Positions 19,824 to 30,225 of a DNA stretch of 64,000 bases are shown piece after piece. The notes beneath the pieces were generated by a model, which made no database searches, was not told where the DNA came from, and was given only the letters and a program-made list of their open reading frames with translations. This stretch comes from Cenarchaeum sp. GTDB taxonomy: Archaea > Thermoproteota > Nitrososphaeria > Nitrososphaerales > Nitrosopumilaceae. Position 1 is the first letter of the stretch. Each line of letters begins with the position of its first letter. The stretch is taken from assembly GCA_965212015.1 (NCBI GenBank), contig OZ243037.1:704001-768000 (forward strand), in the 5' to 3' direction. The translations under genes were made by a program, and so were the position numbers.

Positions 19824-21017
19824 CTAGTCCACAGTCAGGCTTGCCTCAATCTCTTCGGCAAGAAAGACCTTGCTTGTATGTACAATGTCTGTCTGCGTTA
19901 GTATTCCCGCATTGACTAGCGACTTTATCGCGTTTTTTGCAGTCGGATATGTGACATTAAGGAACGTTGCGGCTTTTGGCACGGTTATGTATGGATTCCC
20001 AAACAAATGTTCCATCAAAAACACCACATTACTACTGGTGTTTATGCCTTTTAGTGTCTCCGTATATTTTTTTTGTAAATCCGATAGTTTTTGTATGTTT
20101 TTTATCGCCTCGTCGGATTGTGTTATAAAAGCCCGAAGAAAGAATTTTATCCATTCGCGCCATTTGCGTTTCTGGCTTACTTCTAGCAGTCCGTTATAAT
20201 ATTCCTCCCTGTGTTTGTCAAAATATGCACTCATGTATAACAATGGTTGCGGCAACACACCCTTTTCATAAAGTATCAGTGGCAAAAGCAGCCTCCCAAT
20301 CCTTCCATTTCCATCCAAAAATGGATGTATTGCCTCAAACTGGTAATGGATGACTGCACATTGGATTAACGCAGACATTGCAGTGTGATCTGCTTGGAGA
20401 AAAGCTTCTAGATCTCTCAGTAATTCGTGCATTCTTTCGAGGGACGGCGGCGTGTAAATGATCTCCGATACGGTACCTCTTGTTTTGACAATCCAGTTTT
20501 GCCGATCACGAAATTTGCCAGGGGATTTGTCCTGGCCCCTTACCCCAGCCAAGAGTTTTTCATGCGCGTGTCGCAACAGATCAAGGCTGATTTTGTGTGC
20601 TCCCTGCTCTATCTTTTTCAACGAGTCAGATAACGCATCAACGTGGTTCAAAACCTCGACTAGTCTCAAATTATCTGCGTCCCTTCTCCCAATATTTCCA
20701 ATGGCTTCCTGTCTGTTTAAATCCTCAAGGGAGGCCAGCGTCCCCTCGATCTTTGAGCTTAAAACGGCCTCATTTTTCAGGTATGCCCTAATCAGAATAT
20801 CGGGGTTTGCAAGCTCGCCTCCCCTTCCCCTCAATTCACCCACCTTGCTTTCAGCCTGTGCTAGCAGCATGACTGTCTCATCATCATAATAGAGTATAGG
20901 CGGCAATTTTACAGGTACGAATGTTAACTGCTTCTCCCGGTTGCTCTCAAAGATGCCATTGGGTTTTGTGAATCGATTCCGATCCCAGTCACGCGCATTA
21001 TAGCGTTCTTTAACCAA
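19824..21017 (-). CDS. Fic family protein with C-terminal HTH
   Basis: HPFLDGNGRIGR, SSKIEG; AT-richer than neighbours. Confidence 0.95.
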   Translation of the reverse strand: MVKERYNARDWDRNRFTKPNGIFESNREKQLTFVPVKLPPILYYDDETVMLLAQAESKVGELRGRGGELANPDILIRAYLKNEAVLSSKIEGTLASLEDLNRQEAIGNIGRRDADNLRLVEVLNHVDALSDSLKKIEQGAHKISLDLLRHAHEKLLAGVRGQDKSPGKFRDRQNWIVKTRGTVSEIIYTPPSLERMHELLRDLEAFLQADHTAMSALIQCAVIHYQFEAIHPFLDGNGRIGRLLLPLILYEKGVLPQPLLYMSAYFDKHREEYYNGLLEVSQKRKWREWIKFFLRAFITQSDEAIKNIQKLSDLQKKYTETLKGINTSSNVVFLMEHLFGNPYITVPKAATFLNVTYPTAKNAIKSLVNAGILTQTDIVHTSKVFLAEEIEASLTVD

Positions 21018-21503
21018 CAGACCACCTATTAAACAAAAACGCCAATTTGTTTAATTGAGACGCTTATATTATAAAAGGATTATGTTAAATTTTAAGAGAG
21101 TCAAACCAATATGGCCATGCATGCGATATTGGGCAGATATGCGATCAGAAACATAATGCAGACCGGCCTACGCCAAAATTCGCCCCAAATCGCTAGTGGG
21201 CATGCCGGCATGTCCTGCCACACGGGGCGCCCGAGACGCACCGTATCAAAAATCACAAATCACCCATCATGGCCGGCAGAGTCGCTTGCCCCAAATGCGG
21301 CACGCCGGCCTTGGGCACTTGGCTCGCCGCCGCCTGCAGAAGAGACGGTTCCGGGCCTTTTTTCTGCCGCCGGAATTTGGCCGAGCACAAGACATGCGAC
21401 TGCCCCTCGCCAAAAGCCGATGAATGCACGGGCAAACTGTTTTAGCAATGTGTGAATTTTCATTGAGGTCATACATTATGAGATAATCCCCCGAATTCAC
21501 GCC

Positions 21504-21653
21504 ATGTCCACTGAGGCCGTGATAGAAGACGAGTCCGCAGTGCCGTCGTTTTGGATTAATGCGACAAAATACGCGCAGGCCGTGGATCGGGACGACCCGT
21601 TTGTAGAGGAGGTGGCATACATGATGGTCACGCTGCACCAGACCGGGGCATAG
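21504..21653 (+). CDS. Possible 49-aa hypothetical protein
   Basis: MSTEAVIEDESAVPSFWINATKY...; host-like codons; ends next to convergent stop. Confidence 0.4.
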   Translation: MSTEAVIEDESAVPSFWINATKYAQAVDRDDPFVEEVAYMMVTLHQTGA

Positions 21654-21654
21654 C

Positions 21655-22323
21655 TTATTTTATGATCCCCTGCATGCCGGCGCTGCACTCCTCGATGTCC
21701 TTGTAGGAGTCGATCGAGTGCCACAGCGCACCTGCAAACCTGACTCCGTACAGCCTGTTGTCTTTTGCATATCTGGGAAATACGGTCTTTTCGAGATCGC
21801 CCTTTTTCGGGACGTCCCTTAGCATTCTTTTTGAGAGGTGGTAAATTCCGGCGTTCATAAAGGCCCCCGGCAGCTCCTTTTTTTCCAAAAAATCGGAAAT
21901 CCTGTCCCCGTCTGGCAGTACCGTGCCGTATTTCGTCCTCATGGGGATATACGCAATGGAATCTGCCGTGTCCCTCATCTTTCTTATGTCAATGTCAGTT
22001 ATTATGTCGCCGTTTATCGCAAAAAACGTCTCGTCTTTTATCTGGCCCGATATCTTTTTGATTGCGCCCCCGGTTCCAAGCGGCGTCTTTTCTATTGAAA
22101 ACGTGATTTTTACGTCGGGAAATTTCGAGTCCAGTGCGTCTATTATCTGGCCTGCCCGGTATCCGGCGCAGATGATGACGTCCCTGACGCCGAGTCTTTT
22201 CAGGTGCCTTATCTGCCACTCTATTATGGGTACGTTTCTGATGGGGATCAGCGGCTTTGGCACATAGTCCGTTACCGGCCTGAGCCGCTTTCCCCTGCCC
22301 CCCGCCAGAATGACTGCCTGCAT
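21655..22323 (-). CDS. Sugar-phosphate nucleotidyltransferase
   Basis: AVILAGGRGKRLRP..PKPL, PLGTGGA, NGD. Confidence 0.9.
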   Translation of the reverse strand: MQAVILAGGRGKRLRPVTDYVPKPLIPIRNVPIIEWQIRHLKRLGVRDVIICAGYRAGQIIDALDSKFPDVKITFSIEKTPLGTGGAIKKISGQIKDETFFAINGDIITDIDIRKMRDTADSIAYIPMRTKYGTVLPDGDRISDFLEKKELPGAFMNAGIYHLSKRMLRDVPKKGDLEKTVFPRYAKDNRLYGVRFAGALWHSIDSYKDIEECSAGMQGIIK

Positions 22324-22403
22324 GGCATGTCCTTTACCTGTTCTGCATTCAAACTTTTCTAAATGCGGCCGGGCCGCCGTGCTGCCGCCCCGGACGGGCA
22401 CGG

Positions 22404-22919
22404 CTAGATGCCCTCAAACAGGGCTATCCCATAGTATCCGGCCAGAATCGTCCCCGTACTCCATATGCACGAGCCCAGAAACGTGTATGCGAGGAATTTC
22501 AAGGGCCTCATCTGCAGTATTCCCGCCGGTATGGAGATGATCTCCCTTAGCACCGGAACCATCCTCCCGAACAGCACCGCCTTGTCGCCGTGTCTCTCAA
22601 ACCACCCTTCTGCACGTCGCATGTTTTTGTCGCTTATTTTGGCGTATCTCATGTAGCGCAGCAAAAACACCCGCCCAAGCTTCCACGCGGCAAGGTATAT
22701 TGCAGTGGAGCCAATGGTGGCGCCGGCCCCCCCGATTATGCCCAGGGCGATGACTGCGGTAATGTCAAAGCCGTTCTGAAACGCCACGTATCCCGCCACG
22801 GGAAACACCGCCAGCGTCGGTATCGGGGGAAAGACCGTCTCTATTAGCGCGGCAAAAAACACGCCGGCAAACAGGTGCTCGCCTATCAGCTCCGTGACCC
22901 ACTGTACGAACGATTCCAT
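22404..22919 (-). CDS. DedA family membrane protein
   Basis: ETVFPPIP, GRMVPVLR..ISIPAG. Confidence 0.9.
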   Translation of the reverse strand: MESFVQWVTELIGEHLFAGVFFAALIETVFPPIPTLAVFPVAGYVAFQNGFDITAVIALGIIGGAGATIGSTAIYLAAWKLGRVFLLRYMRYAKISDKNMRRAEGWFERHGDKAVLFGRMVPVLREIISIPAGILQMRPLKFLAYTFLGSCIWSTGTILAGYYGIALFEGI

Positions 22920-23059
22920 ATAGCTCAACTGTCGGCCCGCTCCGTCAGATAATAGTGCAGCTCGGTATAGCACTCTGTACAGTACTGCTGATCATCCGTA
23001 TGCTCGCAGTCGCGCATCTTGTCTGCATGCTGGCCGCATTTTGCACAGGTCGGCACGGG

Positions 23060-23455
23060 TCACCTCTGTAATTTTTTTATCTTTATTGCCCCCAGCGCCG
23101 TAATGACTGCGCCGATTGCAAGCGAGAATGCAACCTCGTACGTATAGTTCCTGCGGTCCTCACCGGGTGTCGAGTCAGATACCGCCACTATGGCTATGCC
23201 GCCGATTATTATCAGGATTCCGGCCACGGCAATGAGGACGCCCAGCGCCGCAGACGGCTCCTTTCTGGAAATGAAAAACGCGATAAACGGCAGTATGACT
23301 GACGGCATGCCGAGTCCGATTCCGCGCACCATGCTGTCAAATGGAAGGAACTTTGCCCCCGCCTGATCTGCTGCCACATCCGCACCATACAATGCCAAAA
23401 GCCCGACTGATATGCCTGCAAGTATCAGCGACGCCCCGAGTGCCATGACTGCCAA
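23060..23455 (-). CDS. Four-TM hypothetical protein
   Basis: Four hydrophobic segments. Confidence 0.7.
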   Translation of the reverse strand: MAVMALGASLILAGISVGLLALYGADVAADQAGAKFLPFDSMVRGIGLGMPSVILPFIAFFISRKEPSAALGVLIAVAGILIIIGGIAIVAVSDSTPGEDRRNYTYEVAFSLAIGAVITALGAIKIKKLQR

Positions 23456-23662
23456 CCTTGGAATCTGATTAATAAACCATTGTCATGAAAATCAGGCCGC
23501 AGTGTTGCCGCAGGAAAAACGCCGGACGGCGGCAGTCCCGCAGGGCACCCATCCCTGCCGGCAGGCCGATTCGAAATGCAGCCGTCCGAAATTGCGGCGG
23601 GTGTTTCCGGGCAGTTTCAGACCAAAGTTAATATATTGAATTTTGGCCTGATTGATCTGTCC

Positions 23663-25780
23663 ATGACTTTTGCCACACAGGTGTTCGAGGATACGATTGG
23701 TACTGACCACGGGGTCATTACGGAGGAGGCGGCAAAAAAAATTCTAAAATCATACGGCATCAAGGTTCCCGGATACGCCCTGGTCCGGTCCGCAAACGAT
23801 GCCGCAATACAGGCAAAAAAGCTCGGATTTCCGCTGGTAATGAAGATAGTATCGCCGCAGATACTCCACAAGACTGACGTGGGCGGAGTCAAGGTGGGGC
23901 TGACTAACGTGGGCGATGTCAAAAAAACATTCAACGACATGCACGGCCGGCTCTCAGGGAAAAAGGGGGTCGACATTAAGGGAATTTTGCTAGAAAAAAT
24001 GGTCCCAAAGGACGACGCCGTCGAGCTCATAGTAGGACTGCAAAACGATCCGCAGTTCGGGCCCGTAATGATGGTCGGAATGGGGGGGATTCTGACTGAG
24101 ATAATGCGCGACGTGGCCTTTAGGATGCTGCCGATAACTGCGGGCGATGCAAAGTCCATGCTAAACGAGCTAAAGGCCTCAAAGATGTTCCGCGGGTTCC
24201 GCGGAAGCAAGCCCATTGATCTTGGCATGGTGGCAAAGGCGCTTGTGCAGATTGGCAAGCTCGGAGTGGATCACGCAAGCCATTTTGACAGCATTGACTT
24301 TAACCCCGTCATCGTGTACCCAAAGACCTACGCCGTAGTAGATGCAAAAATCATACTGAGAAAGGAGATAAAAAAGGACGCAATATCCAGGGCCAGGCCG
24401 GACATTTCACACATGGAAAAATTCTTTACGCCAAAATCAGTAGCACTAGTCGGCGCGTCTGCCACGCCAGGCAAGATTGGCCACTCTGTGCTCGACGCAC
24501 TTGGAAAGCAGGACTATAAGGGAAAGGTGTATCCGATAAACCCGAAACAAAAAAGCATACTGGGGCTAAAGTGCCACCCCTCGATTGCCGCAGTTCCCGG
24601 CAAGGTGGATCTGGTGGTGGTGTGCGTCGATCTGTCGGTGACACCGCAGGTGCTCAAAGAGTGCGCAAAAAAAGGCATCCACAGCGTGGTGATCATCTCC
24701 GGCGGCGGCAAGGAGCTTGGGGGCGAGCGCGCAGCATACGAGGCGGAAATAAAGAGGCTTTCAGCAGTGCATAAAATCAGGATTATCGGGCCCAACTGCA
24801 TCGGAATGTTCAACGCGGCAAACAGGCTGGACTGTGCGTTTCAGGGCCGGGACAAGATGGTCCGCGCAAAGCTCGGGCCGGTCGCGTTTCTCTCCCAGAG
24901 CGGCACGATGGGAATAAGCTTTCTAGAGACGGCCGACTCGTTTGGACTATCAAAGATGGTAAGCTATGGCAACCGCTCTGACGTAGACGAGGCCGACATG
25001 ATATGGTACCTTGCAAACGACCCGCAGACAAGGGTGATTGCACTGTACGTGGAGGGCTTTGGCGACGGGCGAAAGTTCATCAATACTGCCAAAAGGGTGA
25101 TGAAGGAAAGAAAAAAGCCCATCATAGTGTGGAAGAGCGGGCGCTCTGTGGCAGGCGCAAAGCAGGCAGCCTCGCACACCGGCTCGCTGGGCGGCTCAAA
25201 TGCGATAATCATGGGCGCATTCAGGCAGGCCGGGATAATCTCAGTGGACAGCTATCAGGAGCTTGCCGCCGTAAGCAAGGCGCTTGCATGGCAGCCCAAG
25301 GCCAAGGGCAACAGGTGCGCCCTGTGTAGCAACGGCGCAGGGCCGATGATCGGCGGCATAGACCACTTTGAGAGGCTCGGACTGTCGCTGGCAAAGGTCA
25401 CAGCACAGACCAGAACCAGGATGACAAGCCACTTTCCAAAGACCTATGTGATAGGAAAGGGCAATCCGGCAGACGTTACCGGCGGCGCGAATGCAGACGA
25501 CTATAGGTTCACGATTCAGGCGTTCATGGATGATCCCAACGTGGATATCGTAATGCCGTGGTTTGTATTCCAGGACGATCCGCTGGAGGAGGACGCAATC
25601 ATTGCGCATTTGAGTGCGTTTGCAAAAAAGCGCAAAAAACCGCTTTTGGTTGGCGGCAACGGGGGGCCGTATACGCAGAGAATCTCGCGGCTCATCGAGG
25701 CCAAGGGCGTTCCGGTGTATGACGATCTTCGGGACTGGGTTGCCGCAGCGTCTGCGCTTGCACAGTGGGGAAAAGCCTAA
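23663..25780 (+). CDS. ADP-forming acyl-CoA synthetase, probable 3-hydroxypropionyl-CoA synthetase
   Basis: ATP-grasp (HKTDVGGV) fused ahead of CoA-binding (GPNCIG, SHTGSL) domains; directly upstream of the crotonase, as in the thaumarchaeal 3HP/4HB cluster. Confidence 0.88.
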   Translation: MTFATQVFEDTIGTDHGVITEEAAKKILKSYGIKVPGYALVRSANDAAIQAKKLGFPLVMKIVSPQILHKTDVGGVKVGLTNVGDVKKTFNDMHGRLSGKKGVDIKGILLEKMVPKDDAVELIVGLQNDPQFGPVMMVGMGGILTEIMRDVAFRMLPITAGDAKSMLNELKASKMFRGFRGSKPIDLGMVAKALVQIGKLGVDHASHFDSIDFNPVIVYPKTYAVVDAKIILRKEIKKDAISRARPDISHMEKFFTPKSVALVGASATPGKIGHSVLDALGKQDYKGKVYPINPKQKSILGLKCHPSIAAVPGKVDLVVVCVDLSVTPQVLKECAKKGIHSVVIISGGGKELGGERAAYEAEIKRLSAVHKIRIIGPNCIGMFNAANRLDCAFQGRDKMVRAKLGPVAFLSQSGTMGISFLETADSFGLSKMVSYGNRSDVDEADMIWYLANDPQTRVIALYVEGFGDGRKFINTAKRVMKERKKPIIVWKSGRSVAGAKQAASHTGSLGGSNAIIMGAFRQAGIISVDSYQELAAVSKALAWQPKAKGNRCALCSNGAGPMIGGIDHFERLGLSLAKVTAQTRTRMTSHFPKTYVIGKGNPADVTGGANADDYRFTIQAFMDDPNVDIVMPWFVFQDDPLEEDAIIAHLSAFAKKRKKPLLVGGNGGPYTQRISRLIEAKGVPVYDDLRDWVAAASALAQWGKA

Positions 25781-25825
25781 CAAGTCCCGTTACATCTTTA
25801 AGTCGGGATTTTTCAGTGTCTAGCA

Positions 25826-26587
25826 ATGTCGCTTGTCACCACGTCAGTTACCGAGGGAATATGCACCGTGCGCATCAACAGGCCCGACAAGCTAAACGCA
25901 ATGAACATAGACGTGGCACACCAGCTTGTAAAGACGTTCGAGGATTTGGGGAAAAAGGACGACGTTCAGGCAATCATACTTACGGGCGAGGGCGAAAAGG
26001 CGTTTTCTGCCGGGGCAGACATTGAATACATGTCAAAGATCTCACCGGACGAGTCAGTCGAGTATGCAAAGCTCGGCCAGCTTGTCACTGCCACCATCGA
26101 GCTGGTAAGGCAGCCGACGATTGCCGCGATAAACGGCTTTGCGCTAGGCGGCGGATGCGAAGTGGCAATGTCCTGCGACATCAGGCTGGCAGCAGACACC
26201 GCAAAGATGGGGCAGCCCGAAGTCACAATCGGCATTCCACCCGGATGGGGCGGCACGCAGCGGCTGATGAGGATTGTCGGAATTGCAAAGGCCAAGGAGC
26301 TCGTTTACACCGGAAGGATAATCCGCGCAGACGAAGCCAGGGAGATCGGCCTGGTCAACCACGTTTTCCCGCTCGGCTCGCTGATGGAGGAGGCAGCAAA
26401 GATGGCACAGCAGATCGCCGCAAACTCTGCGATGGGCGTGCAAATGTCAAAAATATCAATCAACAAGGGCCGGAACGCCGATCTTGACACCGGACTGGGC
26501 ATCGAGCTGCTGGCTTGGAGAAACTGTTTTACGCACGGGGATCGCCAGCAGAGAATGACGGATTTTGTAAACAAGTCAAAAAAATAG
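25826..26587 (+). CDS. 3-hydroxypropionyl-CoA dehydratase / crotonyl-CoA hydratase
   Basis: [30 protein letters not shown]; closely resembles the Nitrosopumilus enzyme as recalled. Confidence 0.92.
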   Translation: MSLVTTSVTEGICTVRINRPDKLNAMNIDVAHQLVKTFEDLGKKDDVQAIILTGEGEKAFSAGADIEYMSKISPDESVEYAKLGQLVTATIELVRQPTIAAINGFALGGGCEVAMSCDIRLAADTAKMGQPEVTIGIPPGWGGTQRLMRIVGIAKAKELVYTGRIIRADEAREIGLVNHVFPLGSLMEEAAKMAQQIAANSAMGVQMSKISINKGRNADLDTGLGIELLAWRNCFTHGDRQQRMTDFVNKSKK

Positions 26588-26666
26588 CCCTACGTTGCAG
26601 CGCAGGGCACGGCTAGGCCGGCCGCACTAGTAAGCTTATTATAATTTGAACTGTTCGTTTTTAATC

Positions 26667-27017
26667 ATGGCAACAGAACAGACAGAAAAAATGGTGAGTA
26701 TCACGCCAAAGGCGGCCGAAAAAATCAAAGAGTTTATGGCCGAAGAGGCAGAAAAGCCACAATTTCTCAGGGTCTATGTGCAGGGCGGCGGATGTTCCGG
26801 GCTCTCATACGGCATGGGATTTGAAAAGGCAGCAGAGGAGGACGACACTGTCATCGAGGAGAGCGGCGTAAAACTGCTAGTTGACAGCTATAGCCAGGAT
26901 CACCTAAAGGGTGCCAATGTTGACTATATCGAGAGCCTGATGGGTTCTGGATTCAAGATCAACAATCCCAACGTTACAAAGTCGTGCTCTTGCGGCAGCT
27001 CGTTTAGCACAGAGTAA
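26667..27017 (+). CDS. HesB/IscA/ErpA Fe-S assembly protein
   Basis: GGGCSGLSY, CSCGSSF. Confidence 0.95.
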   Translation: MATEQTEKMVSITPKAAEKIKEFMAEEAEKPQFLRVYVQGGGCSGLSYGMGFEKAAEEDDTVIEESGVKLLVDSYSQDHLKGANVDYIESLMGSGFKINNPNVTKSCSCGSSFSTE

Positions 27018-27206
27018 CAATCCATATTTTTAGACCCCCGATTCAGGGGAGGCCTATGCACGGCTTTTTGGGCAAAACAGGCGGTTTTGGCCCTCCCGTG
27101 CCTGAAATACGCCTGTGACCGGACATTCCGGCACGCGGCAAGTCGATAAGCAAATATAGCTAAAGATTACCAGTAAACCCATGTTAGTCAAGGAGATGAT
27201 AGAATA

Positions 27207-28349
27207 TTGCCACAATCAGGAATTGTCAAATATCACGTTAAACTTTCCTACGAAGTTGATGGGCTTGTTGAACGCGCAGATATAATCGGCGCAATCTTTG
27301 GGCAGACTGAGGGACTCTTGGGCCCAGAGATGAATCTAAACGAGCTCCAGAGGGTATCCAAGGTGGGCAGGATTGCCGTAAATGCAAAATCGACTGCCAG
27401 CACCACCGGCGGCGACGCGCTGATTCCGATGAGCACCGATATCGACACGTGCGCGCTGATTGCGGCTGCCATCGAGAGCATAGACAAGGTGGGCCCGTTT
27501 GACTGCAAGTTTCATCTTGACGGCATCGATGACGTGCGTGCGGCAAAAAAAGACGACATTGTAAGGCGCGCAAAAGAGATCAAGCAGAAATGGGCGACAA
27601 AGACTGTCAGCGAGGGCGACACGATGCTAAAGGACGTCCACGAGGGCAACACGGGAAGACTCCAGACGTACGGCAAGTCAAAGCTGCCGTGCAGCTCAGG
27701 CCTGTACGACTCGCCGTGGATAATCCTGGTGGAGGGAAGGGCCGACATCATAAACCTGCTGAGGGCAGGATACGACAATGCAGTTGCAATCGAGGGCGCA
27801 AGGATTGACGAGTCGATAAAGGAGCTGTGCCGCACAAAGGACTGCGTGGTTGCGTTTTTGGACGGCGACAGGGCCGGAGGATTCATTCTCAAGGAATTAA
27901 AATCAATGGTAAACATCGACTATGAGCTGCGCGCGGATCCGACCGTCGAGGTAGAAGAGATGACCCCGCAGAGAATCTCCGAAATCCTCGGACCGGTTGC
28001 CGACGAGATAAAAAAGGAATCCGAATCCGCAACGCTGCAAAACCAGGACGACAAGCCGATTGCCGAGCTTGTCACAAAGCTGTTCCCGGATCTCAACGAG
28101 ACGCTAGACGCAATGGCGCTAGACGAGGAACAAAAGGAGATATTCAGGGTTCCAATCAGCGAGCTTGTAAGCAAGCTGTCCGGCCAGTCCGGGATCAAAT
28201 ATTTGATTCTTGACGGAATAATCACGCAGAGGCTCTTGGAGGGCGCAAAAAAGGCCGGAATAGACAGCATAGTCGGACACAGGATGACCAAACTCATAAG
28301 CACCGACGGCATGACACTGCGGACGTTCGGCGAGCTTGGCGTGTCCTAG
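27207..28349 (+). CDS. dnaG: Archaeal DnaG-like protein
   Basis: GAIFGQTEGLLG, VEGRAD, DGDRAG TOPRIM. Confidence 0.95.
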   Translation: MPQSGIVKYHVKLSYEVDGLVERADIIGAIFGQTEGLLGPEMNLNELQRVSKVGRIAVNAKSTASTTGGDALIPMSTDIDTCALIAAAIESIDKVGPFDCKFHLDGIDDVRAAKKDDIVRRAKEIKQKWATKTVSEGDTMLKDVHEGNTGRLQTYGKSKLPCSSGLYDSPWIILVEGRADIINLLRAGYDNAVAIEGARIDESIKELCRTKDCVVAFLDGDRAGGFILKELKSMVNIDYELRADPTVEVEEMTPQRISEILGPVADEIKKESESATLQNQDDKPIAELVTKLFPDLNETLDAMALDEEQKEIFRVPISELVSKLSGQSGIKYLILDGIITQRLLEGAKKAGIDSIVGHRMTKLISTDGMTLRTFGELGVS

Positions 28350-28354
28350 GATTT

Positions 28355-29032
28355 ATGTCCGATCTTAAAATCCAGCACCTTTTGACTCTGGCATACCTGC
28401 TCTCCTGCGGGGCAAGGCACAACTTTGTACCGGTCACCACCTCGTCGCTTGGGCACAGCATCAAGAAATCACAGCAGGCCGCATCCAGACACCTGATGGA
28501 TCTTGAAAAGGACGGCTTTGTTGAGAGGATAATCAGCGGAAGAAACATCCTGGTCAAAATCACCGCAAAGGGATATTCCGAGATGGCGAGGATTTCGGGG
28601 ATACTGCAAAACAACCTCGACTCGCAGCCCTCCCATGCGGTCCTAAAGGGCACGCTCACATCCGGAATGGGCGAGGGGGCGTATTACATGTCCCTCAGGG
28701 GGTACACGAGGCAGTTCAAGGCAAAGATGGGATATGTCCCGTTTCCAGGCACCCTGAACGTGAGGCTTGATCAGGACTATGTCCACGCCATATCCCAGTT
28801 TGACTCGCTGGACGGCACGATGATCAGCGGGTTCTCTGACGGAAGGCGGACGTACGGGTGGGTAAAGTGCTTTGGGGGGACGCTCAACAAGAGGATCGAC
28901 TGCAACCTCATCCGGCTGGAGAGGACGCACCATGATCCGTCCATAATAGAGCTGATATCCGAAACTGGCATCCGCAGGGCGGCAAGGCTGAGGAACGGAT
29001 CAAGGATCACGATAAGGATTCCGATGGACTAG
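28355..29032 (+). CDS. ribK: CTP-dependent riboflavin kinase with N-terminal HTH
   Basis: SQQAASR HTH, SGMGEGAYY, PFPGTLN, ERTHH. Confidence 0.93.
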   Translation: MSDLKIQHLLTLAYLLSCGARHNFVPVTTSSLGHSIKKSQQAASRHLMDLEKDGFVERIISGRNILVKITAKGYSEMARISGILQNNLDSQPSHAVLKGTLTSGMGEGAYYMSLRGYTRQFKAKMGYVPFPGTLNVRLDQDYVHAISQFDSLDGTMISGFSDGRRTYGWVKCFGGTLNKRIDCNLIRLERTHHDPSIIELISETGIRRAARLRNGSRITIRIPMD

Positions 29033-30020
29033 GCTGCCTGCGCCTCATCCTGTATGCCATCTCTAGGAGCAGTCCTGCGCCCACTACAGCTGCTGCAATT
29101 ACGGTGGGAATGACAAAACCCTCTGGGGCTGCCTCAGAGGCGTGCTCTGCTGCCCTGATTGCGCCGTCCGGTACGCCCTCAAGGGACGGGACGGAATCCG
29201 CAATGTCCGGTTCTGCAGTGGCGGCATCTGCCTGAACCGATTTTTCCGCATGGTCTGGCGGACCGGGTGCGGATTCCACAGATACAGTCCCGCCTATCTG
29301 CTGTGACTCTACTGATTCATCCATCCTGTCTGATGCGTGCGGTGCGACGTCTGGCCGAACGTCGGAATCCCGCATCATACCCGTATCATAGGCGGCATCA
29401 TCCAGCTCTGCGCCGCCTTTGAGGGCAAGAGGCGGCGAGTGGGCATCTGGTGCTACGTCTGTGAATGCCTGCGATTCGGACTCGCCGGCGGGGCGCACAT
29501 TTGCCGGCTCGTCCAAAGACTCCGAGCCAGGCGCGACATTTGTCGTACCTGACACGCCATCTGACGCAGTGCCGGAGCTCTGAATTGCCGCCGAGCCCAG
29601 CCAGGCGGCCACCCCGGCGATTGCGATTCCTGCAAACCTATAGATGGTCTTAAACGATCTGATGAGCGACTTGCTGTTGAGTGCCTTTTCTGACACGCTT
29701 GAGGGCAGGATGACTATGGCAAACTTTGTGGCCCGGTAGCACTTCATGCCCTGCCCCCTTGTGTTGGGCCGGAGACTGGACACCTTGATTACATCGAGAT
29801 CCTGCATCTTGTTGAGGTGATAGATTACCAGCGGCAGGGAAAGGCCGGTTTTTTGCGCCAGCTGCGATGCGGTCTGCTCTTCTTTCATCAGGATCTGCAG
29901 TATGGCCCTGCTGGAATCGTTGGTGAGCAGCTCTCCGAACGACTTTATCTTTTCATCCTCCGTGGAAAAAATCCTCACGTTTTCCGTATTGTCCCTTTCC
30001 GTATTGCCGCCTGAATCCAT
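29007..30020 (-). CDS. Membrane-tethered ArsR-type wHTH protein
   Basis: N-terminal wHTH (SLPLVIYHLNKM), TM, acidic low-complexity loop, second TM. Confidence 0.75.
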   Translation of the reverse strand: MDSGGNTERDNTENVRIFSTEDEKIKSFGELLTNDSSRAILQILMKEEQTASQLAQKTGLSLPLVIYHLNKMQDLDVIKVSSLRPNTRGQGMKCYRATKFAIVILPSSVSEKALNSKSLIRSFKTIYRFAGIAIAGVAAWLGSAAIQSSGTASDGVSGTTNVAPGSESLDEPANVRPAGESESQAFTDVAPDAHSPPLALKGGAELDDAAYDTGMMRDSDVRPDVAPHASDRMDESVESQQIGGTVSVESAPGPPDHAEKSVQADAATAEPDIADSVPSLEGVPDGAIRAAEHASEAAPEGFVIPTVIAAAVVGAGLLLEMAYRMRRRQPSPSESLS

Positions 30021-30225
30021 CCGTCCATACTGGCCTGCATCCGGGTAAAATTGATTTGTATCTTGTTTTTTTGGCAACCTGGTGCATCCGTACGCGGCAG
30101 TTAAAACGTTTGATTAAATCCCGGTTTAATCAAAGCCTTTATACAAAATTCACGCATGCTTGTGTATTGATTTCCAGACATTCCGGCATCCGTGCAGGCT
30201 TTGGGGACGCAGCAGGGAATAGCAG

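Noticed and set aside
23663-26587. 3HP/4HB gene pair as a novelty
   Set aside because: This is an expected core locus of ammonia-oxidising archaea
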